Shown here in pieces: positions 13,625 to 24,392 of a stretch of 55,052 nucleotides of DNA (position 1 is the first letter of the stretch; each line of letters starts with the position of its first letter). The DNA comes from Macrostomum lignano. Lineage: Eukaryota. Made by a program: the position numbers and the translations under genes. Where the stretch lies: NCBI GenBank assembly GCA_002269645.1, contig NIVC01004209.1, positions 1 to 55,052 on the forward strand, written 5' to 3'. The notes under the pieces were generated by a model that did not search any database, had not been told where the DNA came from, and saw only the letters and a list, made by a program, of their open reading frames with translations.

Positions 13625-15740
13625 TGAGCCTTGTCATCTTAGCAATTCCCCCCAGTAAGCCTTGTCATCTTAGCAATTCCCCCCAGTAAGCCTTGAAATC
13701 TCAGCAATTCCCCAAGTAAGCCTTGACAAGAATTGCTAAGAATTGCTAAGAATACTTAGCTAACAATTGCTAATACTTGCTAAGAATTGCTGAGAAGCCT
13801 CGAGATCTCAGCAATTCCCCCAGTAAGCATTGACATCTCAGCGATTCTCCCAGTAAGCCTTGAAATCTTAGCAATTCCCCCAGAAAGAATTCACATCTTA
13901 GCAATTGCTGCAGTAAGCCTTGAAATCGCTGCAATTCCCCCAGTAAGCCTTAACATCTCAGCAATTCCCCCAATAAGCCTTGACATCTGAGGAATTCCCC
14001 CAGTAAGCCTTGAAATCTAAGCATTTCGCCAGTAAGCCTTGAAATCTCAGCATTCCCCCAGAAAGCCTTCACATTTTAGCAATTCCCAGTAAGACTTGAC
14101 ATCTTAGCAATTCCCAGTAAGACTTGACATCTCAGCAGTTCCCCCATTAAGCATCGACATCGCAGCAATTAAACTCGAGCCTTGACATCTACGCAGTTCT
14201 CTCAGCTGAGTAAGCCTTGACATCCCAACAACCCAACTCCCCTCCCCCAAGAATTCAGCAATCCCCTTATGAGCCTTGATATCTCTGCAATTTCTTCATA
14301 AGCCTTGTCAACTCAGCGATTCCATTCATGAGCTTTGATATCTTAGCAACTCCCATCTTAGCAAGTCTTTAGTTGATGGTTAACAGAGTGGTTATTCTAT
14401 GATTAAACCAAAACTGACCCTAAGCCCCTAACCCTAACCCATAAGTGAGTATTGGCATGTTAGCAATCTCCCCCGTGAGCCTTGAGCCTGAGCATTTAAG
14501 TAACTTCCTCATAAGCTTTGAAATCTAAATTTCACCGAAAGCCTTGAACTGTCAGCAATTCCCTAAAAGCCAAAGCATATAACTAATTCGCCCCTTTGAT
14601 CTTTGAAATTCCTTGATGAATCATTTATGATTGACACGACGATCGCTCTATAATTAAACTCAAATCCTAACCCTAAACCTGCAGCCGAGTCACAGCATTT
14701 CAGCAACTCCCCCTCTCAGCCCAAGAATTTCAGCAATTCCCCAATGAGCTTTTGAAATATTAGCAATTTTCCCATGAGCATGAAACTTTAGCGACTAACC
14801 TTTTGATATCTTGGCACTTTCACATGAGTCTTATGGTTGAAAACTAACCCTGCCAAGTCACAGCATTTCAGCAATTCCCACCGTAAACCACAGCATTTCA
14901 ACAAATACCCAATGAACCTTGACATTTCGTGAATTTCAGCTATTCGCTTTAGGAGCCTTTGAAATCTCAGTCATTCCCCCGTGAACCTTAGCATCTCAGC
15001 AATACCCAAGAGTCACAGCCTACAGCATTACAGGGATCCCCCGTGAGCTTTGAAATCTCAGCTATTCCCCAATGAGTCTTGATATCTCAGCAACTCCTAT
15101 TTGAGCCACAAAATTTCGGCATTATGAGCAGGTACTGCAATCACAACCACATTATAAGCCACATTATAATTAAATATCCCCCCACGAGCCTTTACAACTT
15201 AGCAATTCCCCAATGAGTATTTAATGTTAGACAGGCCTATTCATTTATATGGTTCACGTCTTACTCTTACCCTAACAATGTCGGCAATTCCCTCAAGAGC
15301 CACAGCATTCCAGAAATTATTTCCATGAGCCTTGACAGCAAATAATTTTAATGAGCCTTGATACCTCAGAAATTTCTCAAATGGAATTTGAAATCAAAGC
15401 AATTCTGCCCAGAATCACATCAGATCATATCAGAATCAGAATTTCCCTCTGAGACTTGACAAGACATCTCAGAATTTCTCTCATGGGCCTTGATCTGGCC
15501 CATGGCCCAGTAAGCCTTGTAATCTCAATAATTCCCCAGTAAGCCTTGACATCTCAGAAATTCTCTCATTAAGATCGACATCGCAGCAATTGAACTCAAG
15601 CTTTGAAATCAAAGCAATTCTCCCCAGAATCACATCATTATAGCAATTACCGCTGAGCCTTGAGATCTTAGAAATTCTCCCATGAGTCTTGATATCACAG
15701 AAATTTTCCATACCAGCCTTGACATCTTAGCAATTCACAT
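13625..15740. repeat. Degenerate ~30-bp minisatellite M4 (cttagcaattcccccagtaagccttgacat)
   Basis: Cleaner at 13625-14150, increasingly diverged rightwards. Confidence 0.85.
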
Positions 15741-15877
15741 TGAGTATTTTATTCTCGACAGACCGCTTCTTTTATGGTTGACATGATGATTCTTTTGTCA
15801 CTTTTTCTTGTGTTGAGTTTTCTTCTGTTTAAAGTAGCATTTATTAAAAACTTACAGTGGTTTACCATCACTTTAGC

Positions 15878-15980
15878 GATGGTTCACCAGCAGTTTAGCA
15901 ATGGTTCACCAGCAGTTTAGCAATGGTTCACCAGCAGTTTAGCAATGATTCACCAGCAGTTTAGCAATGGTTCACCGGCA
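15878..15980. repeat. 22-bp tandem repeat (ggttcaccagcagtttagcaat)
   Basis: About 4-5 near-perfect copies. Confidence 0.9.
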
Positions 15981-16789
15981 CTGTTCCGCAAAATCTGGGA
16001 GCAGATGGCTACTGATCTCCATATGCTTCTCAATAATCGAAACCATTTGAAATGTTTGCAACTTGCAGTTTAAAATTGATTTGCAATTCTCTTGCATATT
16101 TATTAATTCATTGTACGTCAGATTAGCACTGCTCACCCAGATTAGACCCTTTGCAAATTAGTACTTACAGCAGATTAGCACTGCTCTAGAAGACTAACGC
16201 AGCCCCAGCAAAAGTATCTTTAAATTTAAGTGTTTTACATCTCCATGAATCTGCATAGGATGCAATCATTATTGTCACAGGTCACAAAGATAAATTCGCT
16301 GCTTCAATACAGGCTCGAACTGCTGACATCAAAGCATTCTGTTTGCTTCTGCTTGATACTGCCTGCCTACTGCGGCTATTGTGCCTATTGACATGTGGTC
16401 GAAATAATCTAGTTTAACAACTTCAGCCGTTTGAAGTTAACCCCCGGAAATCGGCATTTATCCCCACAACAACCTGAAATTATCCCTTCATCTAATCCCG
16501 CAAAAAGACTGCAGTTATTTCTTAGCAGCCGGCATTTATCATCCACTTTGCATTTTAAAACTTTTATTAAAATTAAGCATGTATACCCGGAGCGGCATAG
16601 AATTGTCCCCTTAGCCAAAAATATTTCACTTAGCAGCCGCAGAAATCCCCTAAACAACTTGTACTTAATCTTCCACAGTAAATATCCACTCAAAACTCAA
16701 TAGTTAGTTATAAGCCTCAGAAGTCTGCCATTATCCTTTAATTAGTCCGCAGTTTTCCCTCTTAGCAGTCTGCAGCTATACGCTCATAC

Positions 16790-18082
16790 GTCTGGAGGAA
16801 CTACCTCAGCAGTTTGCAGTTGTTTCCCCTTTGCAATCTGCAATGATCCCTTCGACAGTCTGCAGTTCCCCTCAGCAGTCTGCAGTCATTTCATTTTCAG
16901 TCTACAACTGTACCATTAACGATTTTCATTCATTCTCTCAGCAGCCTGCAGTTCTCCTCTCGGCCGGCTCCTCAGTCTCCTCTGCAAACTGCAATTTTCT
17001 CAGCATTTTACGGCTCACTAATAAATTTTCGATACATATCGGCAGTTTTGAAATGCTCAGCATTTAGCAATACCTTCAGCAGTTTTTTTCAGAATCGTCT
17101 GCAGTTTAGCAATTTCATACTTTCATGGAGCTAGGCAATATACCCATTGATGGGATCAGTACGCTCGTAATACATGTACTTGAAGCAGTTTCTGCAAATC
17201 AAATTTGCTTATCGACTTGTGCCAAACAGCAAAAATACATGTAGTTCATTAAGTGTGCCTTGTTTATTAAGCATAAAAGTTTAAATTAGTCGAAGCACAA
17301 GCTAAAATAAATAATTAGTTCAATTTTAATTGTCCGCTGCGAGGTAGACTCGAACCTGGGACCTTACGCCTATCCTAAAACTGGTCCTAGTGCCTACAGT
17401 GCAGCTACTCCGCCTATTGATCGGAGGGCGACAAAATCAGCCATATATGCTTTGGCACTGCAGTCAAATACACAGCAGTGATAGGCTGCTTAGTGCACGG
17501 GTTGTGTGCAGGCAGAGCCAATGCGCAGTTAAGTAAAATCTATAAATTAGATTTAAGTCTGGAGGAACTAATTCTCAGTCTGCAGTTCTTCTGTGGCCGG
17601 CACCTCAGTCCCCTCAGAAAACTGCAATTTGCTCAGAATTGTACGGCTCACTAATCAATTTTCAATACATATCGGCAGTCTTGAAAAGCTCAGCATTTAG
17701 CAGCATTGTCTGCAGTTTAGTAATTTCGTACTTTTATGGAGCTAGACAATACCCATTGATGGGATCAGTTATACTCGAAGCAGTTTTTACAAATCAAATT
17801 TGATTAGTGGCTAGTGCCGAGTAGCAAAAAATGAATTGCTAATTAATAAAAAAATGTTTCAATTGAAATTAAATAAAAAATGTTTCAATTAGTCCAGGCA
17901 CAAGCTATAAATTATTGAATTATTTGAATTTTTATTATCCGCCGGGGAGGCAGACTCGAACCTTGGACCTTACGTCTAGCCTAAACCTAGTCCTAACCTA
18001 GTCCTAGTCCTAGCCTAAACCTAAGTGCCTACACTGCGGCTACTCCGCCTATTGATGGGAGGACAACAAAATCAGCCATATA
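16790..18082. repeat. Diverged tandem duplication (about 16790-17555 / 17555-18082), second copy cut by E6
   Basis: Colinear shared blocks, e.g. ctggaggaacta, cggctcacta, cccattgatgggatcagt, caaaatcagccatata. Confidence 0.8.
17332..17414 (-). other. tRNA/SINE-like head, copy 1 (copy 2 at about 17938-18049)
   Basis: Minus strand TAGCTGCACTGTAGG (A-box-like) and GGTTCGAGTCT (B box), inside a diverged tandem duplication. Confidence 0.45.
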
Positions 18083-18194
18083 CTAGCAATCTACGCCCCC
18101 CGTTGGGGAGCCAAATAAATGCAATACACGTTTCTTAATAAGCAACATGTAGCTAAGCCTTGAAATCTTAAAAAATCTCCTGTCAAACTTCTAA

Positions 18195-18445
18195 CCATAA
18201 CCCCAACCCTAACCATAACCCCAACCCTAACCATAACCCTAAATTGAATATTTTGTTCACGAGTTTTTGCATGATGCTTGCATTATTTTTTGCATGACGC
18301 TTCCATAAATATTTTTAATAGGCTACTACATGAGCTAATTATAAGCTACCCTAACCCTAGCCCTAAGCCAAATCTTAACGCTATACCCTGAACCTAACAC
18401 TAAACCTTGAAACCCTAACACCAATCCTAACACTAACCCTACAGC
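18195..18445. repeat. Degenerate CCCTAA (telomere-like) tract near E6 3' end
   Basis: aaccctaaccataacccc-type hexamer variants; the counterpart at 38110-38170 reads TTAGGG. Confidence 0.65.
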
Positions 18446-18489
18446 CTGACATTTTCATAAGTTTGTGAAGCGCTTATGCACCAAATTTT

Positions 18490-19865
18490 TGTGAACAGAA
18501 TATTCTCAGTGAAATGAAATATTTGAAGCTTTATTTATTCCCGGCATAGCACATCACTACAAAGAACGTGCATATACGCGTACCATTTAATACTGGCATA
18601 CTTTAAGCGTAGGATGATACGAAACTGCGTGAATAAATTCGCCGAACTATTAAACATTTCTGTTAGTTTCACGATTATTATACACAGTACATGTACAAAG
18701 TAACAGTACTGTTCAACTGTACTGTTACGAGCTACAACAAACAAAAAACAACAAACGACCGGTACGTGCTTTTAATTAAATTTTAAACAACCGAAAATTG
18801 ACGTTCAGCAGTTAAAACAATATTTAAACCAACACATGCATTTATTCAAATGATATGATATGATCTTCTGCTGCTAATACGAGCGTAGCAGGTGAAAATT
18901 TGCAATGATGTAATAATTAATTAACAAAAGGATAGACTGTCGCTTCAGCAGATGGTGCCATCGACAAGCAGCCAGTATAGCTTTAGCAGTACAAAAATGT
19001 ACATGTATATGCCATCCTGACTACCTGCCGACTCGCGTCACTGCTCAATTGCATGCATTGGGTGTAAGCAAAGGTAGAGACATTCATTCTCAAACCAAAC
19101 ATTAAGTCGCTCCGCTCTGCTTAAGGCTGCTACAGAGCTTGACTGCAAATGCTCCTTTTAGAGTCTGGAACCACAGGGTATATAGAGCAGCTCCTATACA
19201 CCATTCACAAACTCTTTTAGTCCAGTTAAGATGCAGTCAACCTACTCTCAATGAGGGCTGCTTCATAAATTCCAATTATACATACATGTTTCACCTGCTT
19301 ATACCTGTACTATTTCTGTTTACTGACTGTATTTTATGGTCTGTTCAGCGACTGTATTAGTGACTGCATTATTGTCTGTTTAGAGGCTGTATTGTCTGTT
19401 AAACGACTGTATTGTCTGTTTAGAGGCTGTATTGTCTGTTAAACGACTGTATTGTCTGTTAAACGACTGTATTGTCTGTTTAGAGACTGCATTGTCTGTT
19501 AAAGGCTGTATTGCCTGTTTAGACATTGTATTGTCTGTTTAGAGACTATATTGTCTGCTTAAAGCTGTATTGTCTGTTTAGAGGCTGTATTGCCTGTTTA
19601 GAGGCTGTATTGTCTGCTTAGAGGCTGTATTGTCTGTTTAGAGGCTGTATTGCCTGTTTAGAGGCTGTATTGCCTGTTTAGGGATTGCATCATTGTCTGT
19701 TAAAGGCCTGTATTTATTCTGTAATTTCTACTTTAAGTACTGTTACATTTATGTCCTATGAGTATAAGGAGGAACTTACGAAACATTCCTCGTAAATAGG
19801 ATTTACTCAATGCACTCTCTCAGGGCTATCAGTTCATTGAGACTCTACGCGACTTTGATTTCACT
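18490..19865. repeat. ~1.4-kb direct repeat, copy A (copy B about 22910-24320), including 20-bp minisatellite M6 (ctgtattgtctgtttagagg)
   Basis: Near-identical core about 18930-19400 vs 23340-23810 (the ORF track gives twin ORFs 19139-19360 and 23548-23769); flanks more diverged. Confidence 0.9.
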
Positions 19866-19916
19866 CTCAGCCATCAGACGCTCGGGTCAAAAAAGTGGCG
19901 CGCCAACTGTGGCAAC

Positions 19917-21488
19917 TCACTGATACGAAGTGCTGTTCTGTACGCTGTGATCATCGAACGACATTCTGCTCGACTCATCCTGACCGTCGACACCTCCACT
20001 GCGGTGAAACTGACTCCGGTCATCACCCGTCGACAATCGTCTGTATCGAATCTGCGAGAAGAAAAAATTTATAAGGATATAAAATATGCGTAACAAGAAA
20101 GTCCTATTAGACATGAATACATAAAAGCAACACAATAAGTACTGTTCTCTTTGCTATTCAATTTGCGATTTTCAAAATAAATAGCTTAACTGAACACCTG
20201 TCTAACCTGGTAACCTAACAAACTTTATTATATTTAATCTTAATACTAAAAGTGGTGCGTTGTTTGTCTGTATAATCAACTAAATTTGTAGAAAATCACT
20301 CACCTTTTTGCCATTTCCGAAGTCCCTCACAATTTCCTTCGAGTGTTTGTCATAAAACTCAAACAAGGCAGCAGGCTCCCGAATTATGGTCACACTTTCG
20401 TCTCCAATCTCATCAGCACCAAGTCCTGGAGTAGGCACTGGAGCGGGCACAGGTTCAAACCGGGTATCGCCTTCCTTTGCATTCCTATACCAGTCAGCCA
20501 AGACTCTGGCTTCACCATCGTCACTGTTGCATTTTACGTCAGAGTTCGAGCATCCCAACGTGACGGAGCCCGAATACTCCTGCACCTTTGCTCTTCTTAT
20601 GGACAAAACATCGCCGATGTTCCACCTGTCCACTTGAGCTGAGGACGAACCCCAAAACGTGCAGCTTACAGAGCCGAAGGTTCGGTCAACCAAAGTCACT
20701 TTGGCTACGTTAACCTTTTTCCCAGCACGCGTTCGGACTTCTTCAGACGGTTGCCTGGCGTCGATCACTCCAAGCACATCGACGATTCTGATAGTGAAAG
20801 GGAGCAAAGGGACTTTTTTTAACTATTTGCACACTAACTTAAGCATCACATTAGATTTCTATTTGTACACTAACAGGAGCATCATGAAGCTAATAACCCA
20901 GGCTTCGTACAGTGTTGCGATGATAAATGTTTTCAAACACAAGACAAACTAACTGTCACCCAAAAACACGATTACATGTACTTTCACTCCGCGATATTTG
21001 AGCACTAATACATGACGAAAACTACTAAATCAATTAGTCACTCACCTGTCCAATCCAGTCTGTTGCAGTTGATTAATGCTAGTGTAATTAATTACTGGAT
21101 CTCGAGCAACCGGCACTTCGTTGCTTCTATAGATGAAGCCCTTGGAATCCACGGAAACGGTCATCTCAAGTGGATTGTCCGTACACTTGTACTCTGGCTT
21201 GGCAGTCTTCACCATCCCGCCGGATATGCGAACGGCTTCAGCATCGTTGCATACTTCCCAGATAGCTTGCAAATCCTTACCGAAGACGCTGACTCGCATC
21301 TCAGATGAGTCGTCCACCAAGATGAACGAAAACACTTGGCCCTGACCTTTGTTGTTATTATACGTGTGAACGTCTTTCAGGTTCGTCACAAGGCCAGTGA
21401 CAGGCGTAGGCATTTGCCCAACTGTCAGACCGGCAATCCCATCCTTCTTCGACTTCTTTTTCAAAGGTGACTCTGAATAAGAGGCCAT
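19917..21488 (-). CDS. RPA70-like ssDNA-binding protein (two OB folds), 3 exons, 353 aa
   Basis: Exons 21488-21046, 20787-20304, 20051-19917 with GT-AG junctions in frame. GQVFSFILVDDSSEMRVSVFG and VDVLGVI...KVTLVDRT..VSCTFWG...IRRAKVQEY resemble RPA70 DBD-A and DBD-B. Confidence 0.85.
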
Positions 21489-22311
21489 TTTGCACAAAAT
21501 ATTATTCAACAATTGAAAAAAGAACTGATAAAAAGTATCAATCAAACTTTTTCTAAGCAATGATAAGCTTTAACTGTAAGACAACAAAATTGGCTCAACA
21601 AATCACAAGCTATATATATGTAGAAATAAAAGTAGCCACGAAAAAAACACCACCTCCCCTCCAGCCCAGTACATTGTACTCAATTTTGCATTCATTTTTA
21701 CTTTATTACACAATCTAATTGGCTGGACACACAACCCAACCCAATCACTCCAGTGCCCAGCATTAAAGCACACACTGCACCCTCTGATGTACGCTAAGGT
21801 CTCCTCACTTTTCTCACCTAATCTTTTTGTTTGTTTGCTATCTCGTTTTATGGTGACACAATTCTCACCGACTGACTCAGCAAGTGTAGGCAATACTTTA
21901 AGAGTTCGCGGCCGCGTGTACTTCACTGCACAAACAAAACTTGTATGGCGCGGCTGACTGGTTGAGCCATTTTCGCACCTTCTAAGCCGGGAAAGAAAAA
22001 TAGGCGACCCTCCTCAAGTCAGGCTGCATGGCCACCAGTACGCTAGACAATTTTTAGGCCAATCGCCGCTCTAAAGCCCCGACCTGCACAACCGACCAAT
22101 AGGAAGCCTCAGACTTGTACAGAAAACCACCGTAAGGCTCAGCGAAGCGACGACGCACAACCCATAACCCCTAATTTTATTCGCCCCTACACCTCAGTTT
22201 CAGTGCCTATATAGTCTGATATAGTCTGATTCATATATTTAGAGTCATATATTTCTATATTAGAGTCTCAACAAATCATATTTTCTCAATCAAATCATCA
22301 ACAAATCAACA
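21489..22311. promoter_or_regulatory. Putative bidirectional promoter (RPA1-like / ZK1)
   Basis: Spacer between divergent starts with at least five CCAAT/ATTGG boxes and TATA-like sequence near 22205-22260. Confidence 0.55.
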
Positions 22312-22807
22312 ATGCATATTACACAAATATTTGGTGGCGGCGGCGGCGGTAGGCGAGGCGGCGGTCAGCGCGGCGGCTGGCAGCGCGGCAGGGGCGGCCC
22401 ACGCGGAAAGAGCAGTGAGTACCTTCCTAAGACACTGTAAATCTTGTGCTTTGAGTACATTCGAGTATAGTCTTAAATTTTATCTAATTGTAGCCTGTTA
22501 CTGACTTTCATGCTACTCGTATTATTACTGATAAATTTTGCAAAAATTTCCCTTCTTTTAATTGCCAGTCGTTTGTTTCTTCTGTGGAGGCCGCCACCGC
22601 GTTGCCAGCTGCAACGCGATGAAGGCCGCCGCCCGCCTTCTGCAGCAGCAACAGCAGCAGCAACAGCAGCAGCAGCAGCCGCAGCAGCAGCAGCAGCCGC
22701 AGCAACAGCAGCAGCATCAGCAGCCGCAGCAACAGCAGCAGCAGCAGCCGCAGCAGCAGCAACAGCAGCCGCAGCAACAGCAGCCGCAGCCAATGAATGA
22801 ATTGTAA
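22312..22807 (+). CDS. Small RGG / CCHC zinc-knuckle / polyQ protein (ZK1), 2 exons, 113 aa
   Basis: Exon 1 22312-22414 (MHITQIFGGGGGGRRGGGQRGGWQRGRGGPRGKS), phase-1 intron GTGAGT...CCAG, exon 2 22569-22807 (IVCFFCGGRHRVASC = CX2CX3HX4C, then Q/P tract). Confidence 0.75.
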
Positions 22808-22909
22808 ATTCCAAAATAAACTATGACTTTTTTGACTTTTGATTAAAATCCGCGATAGACTTATTTATTTTTTTGGACTTTTGAAACAATGGCGCACCAG
22901 TACAAAGTT

Positions 22910-24320
22910 TTGTGAACAGAATATTCTAATGCCATGAAATATTCAAAGTATAATTCATTCTCACCATAGCATGTCATGACAAAGAATGACCGTACATACA
23001 CACTTACCATTTCATACTGGCTTACTTTGAAAGTAGAACAATACGAATCTGCATGAATAATTCCGCCGAACTATTAAACATTTCTAAGTTTTACGATTAT
23101 TATACACAGTACAAAAAACTGTTTTATCCATTTTTAACTGCTATAACTAACAAAGAAGCAAACGGCGAATTAAATTTTAAACTATTAACAACCACAAATT
23201 GAAGTTTAAAAATTGAAACAAAAGTTAAACAAACACTTGTATTTATTCAAACGATATATTATCTGCTTCTGACTACTAACGCTGAGCAAGTTTAATATTT
23301 CGTACAGATATTGAAAAATGTAATAATTTATTACAAAAGGATAGACTGTCGCTTCAGCAGATGGTGCCATCGACAAGCAGCCAGTATAGCTTTAGCAGTA
23401 CAAAAATGTACATGTATATGCCATCCTGACTACCTGCCGACTCGCGTCACTGCTCAATTGCATGCATTGGGTGTAAGCAAAGGTAGAGACATTCATTCTC
23501 AAACCAAACATTAAGTCGCTCCGCTCTGCTTAAGGCTGCTACAGAGCTTGACTGCAAATGCTCCTTTTAGAGTCTGGAACCACAGGGTATATAGAGCAGC
23601 TCCTATACACCATTCACAAACTCTTTTAGCCCAGTTAAGATGCAGTCAACCTACTCTCAATGAGGGCTGCTTCATAAATTCCAATTATACATACATGTTT
23701 CACCTGCTTATACCTGTACTATTTCTGTTTACTGACTGTATTTTATGGTCTGTTCAGCGACTGTATTAGTGACTGCATTATTGTCTGTTTAGAGGCTGTA
23801 TTGTCTGTTAAACGACTGTATTGTCTGTTTAGAGGCTGTATTGTCTGTTAAACGACTGTATTGTCTGTTTAGAGGCTGTATTGTCTGTTAAACGACTGTA
23901 TTGTCTGTTAAACGACTGTATTGTCTGTTTAGAGACTGCATTGTCTGTTAAAGGCTGTATTGCCTGTTTAGACATTGTATTGTCTGTTTAGAGACTGCAT
24001 TGTCTGTTTAGAGACTGTATTGTCTGTTTAGAGGCTGTATTATTGTCTGTTTAGAGGCTGTATTATTGTCTGTTTAGAGACTGTCTGCATAGTGACTGTA
24101 TTATTGTCTGTTTATACCTGTACTACTATCTGTTTAGTGACTGTATGATCAGTGGCTGTAGTTTTGTCTGTTAAATGACTGTATATCATGTTCGTGTAAA
24201 ACTGTTATAGATGAGTATAAGAAAGAACTTATGAAACATCCCTCGTAAATAGGATTTACTCAATGTACTCTCTCAGGGCTATCAGTTCATTGAGACTCTA
24301 CGCGACTTTGATTTCATTCT
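22910..24320. repeat. ~1.4-kb direct repeat, copy B, including M6 array (about 23735-24180)
   Basis: See copy A. Lies just downstream of the RepHel stop. Confidence 0.9.
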
Positions 24321-24392
24321 CTACAGTCAGACGCCAGACACTTCTCAAACACATCTCTTGGACTTGAACTCACGAATAGCGTCCGAAATTGC

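Larger units (their letters stand above)
13113..18082 (-). mobile_element. Helitron E5, 3' portion (5' end not found; upstream extent uncertain)
   Basis: 3' CTAG at 13113-13116 with hairpin gccccccgctggggagc (13124-13140). No conserved 5' block before the next element's 3' end at 18083. Confidence 0.6.

Noticed and set aside
16409-17067. Short ORFs in E5 interior
   Set aside because: Low-complexity cttagcag/ctgcag-rich DNA with no recognisable motif.
18195-18445. True telomere or interstitial telomere fusion
   Set aside because: Short, degenerate, and part of a Helitron subterminal region.
19139-19360. Twin 73-aa ORFs (also 23548-23769)
   Set aside because: Identity is explained by the DNA duplication; start is not a clear ATG and there is no domain signal.
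19917-21488. Host RPA1 orthologue
   Set aside because: Only two OB folds, three divergent copies, all inside Helitron termini.
22473-22814. Poly-Ala / poly-Leu ORFs (also 36274-36667, 54061-54285)
   Set aside because: Alternative frames and strands of CAG tracts; only the spliced polyQ frame links to a knuckle.
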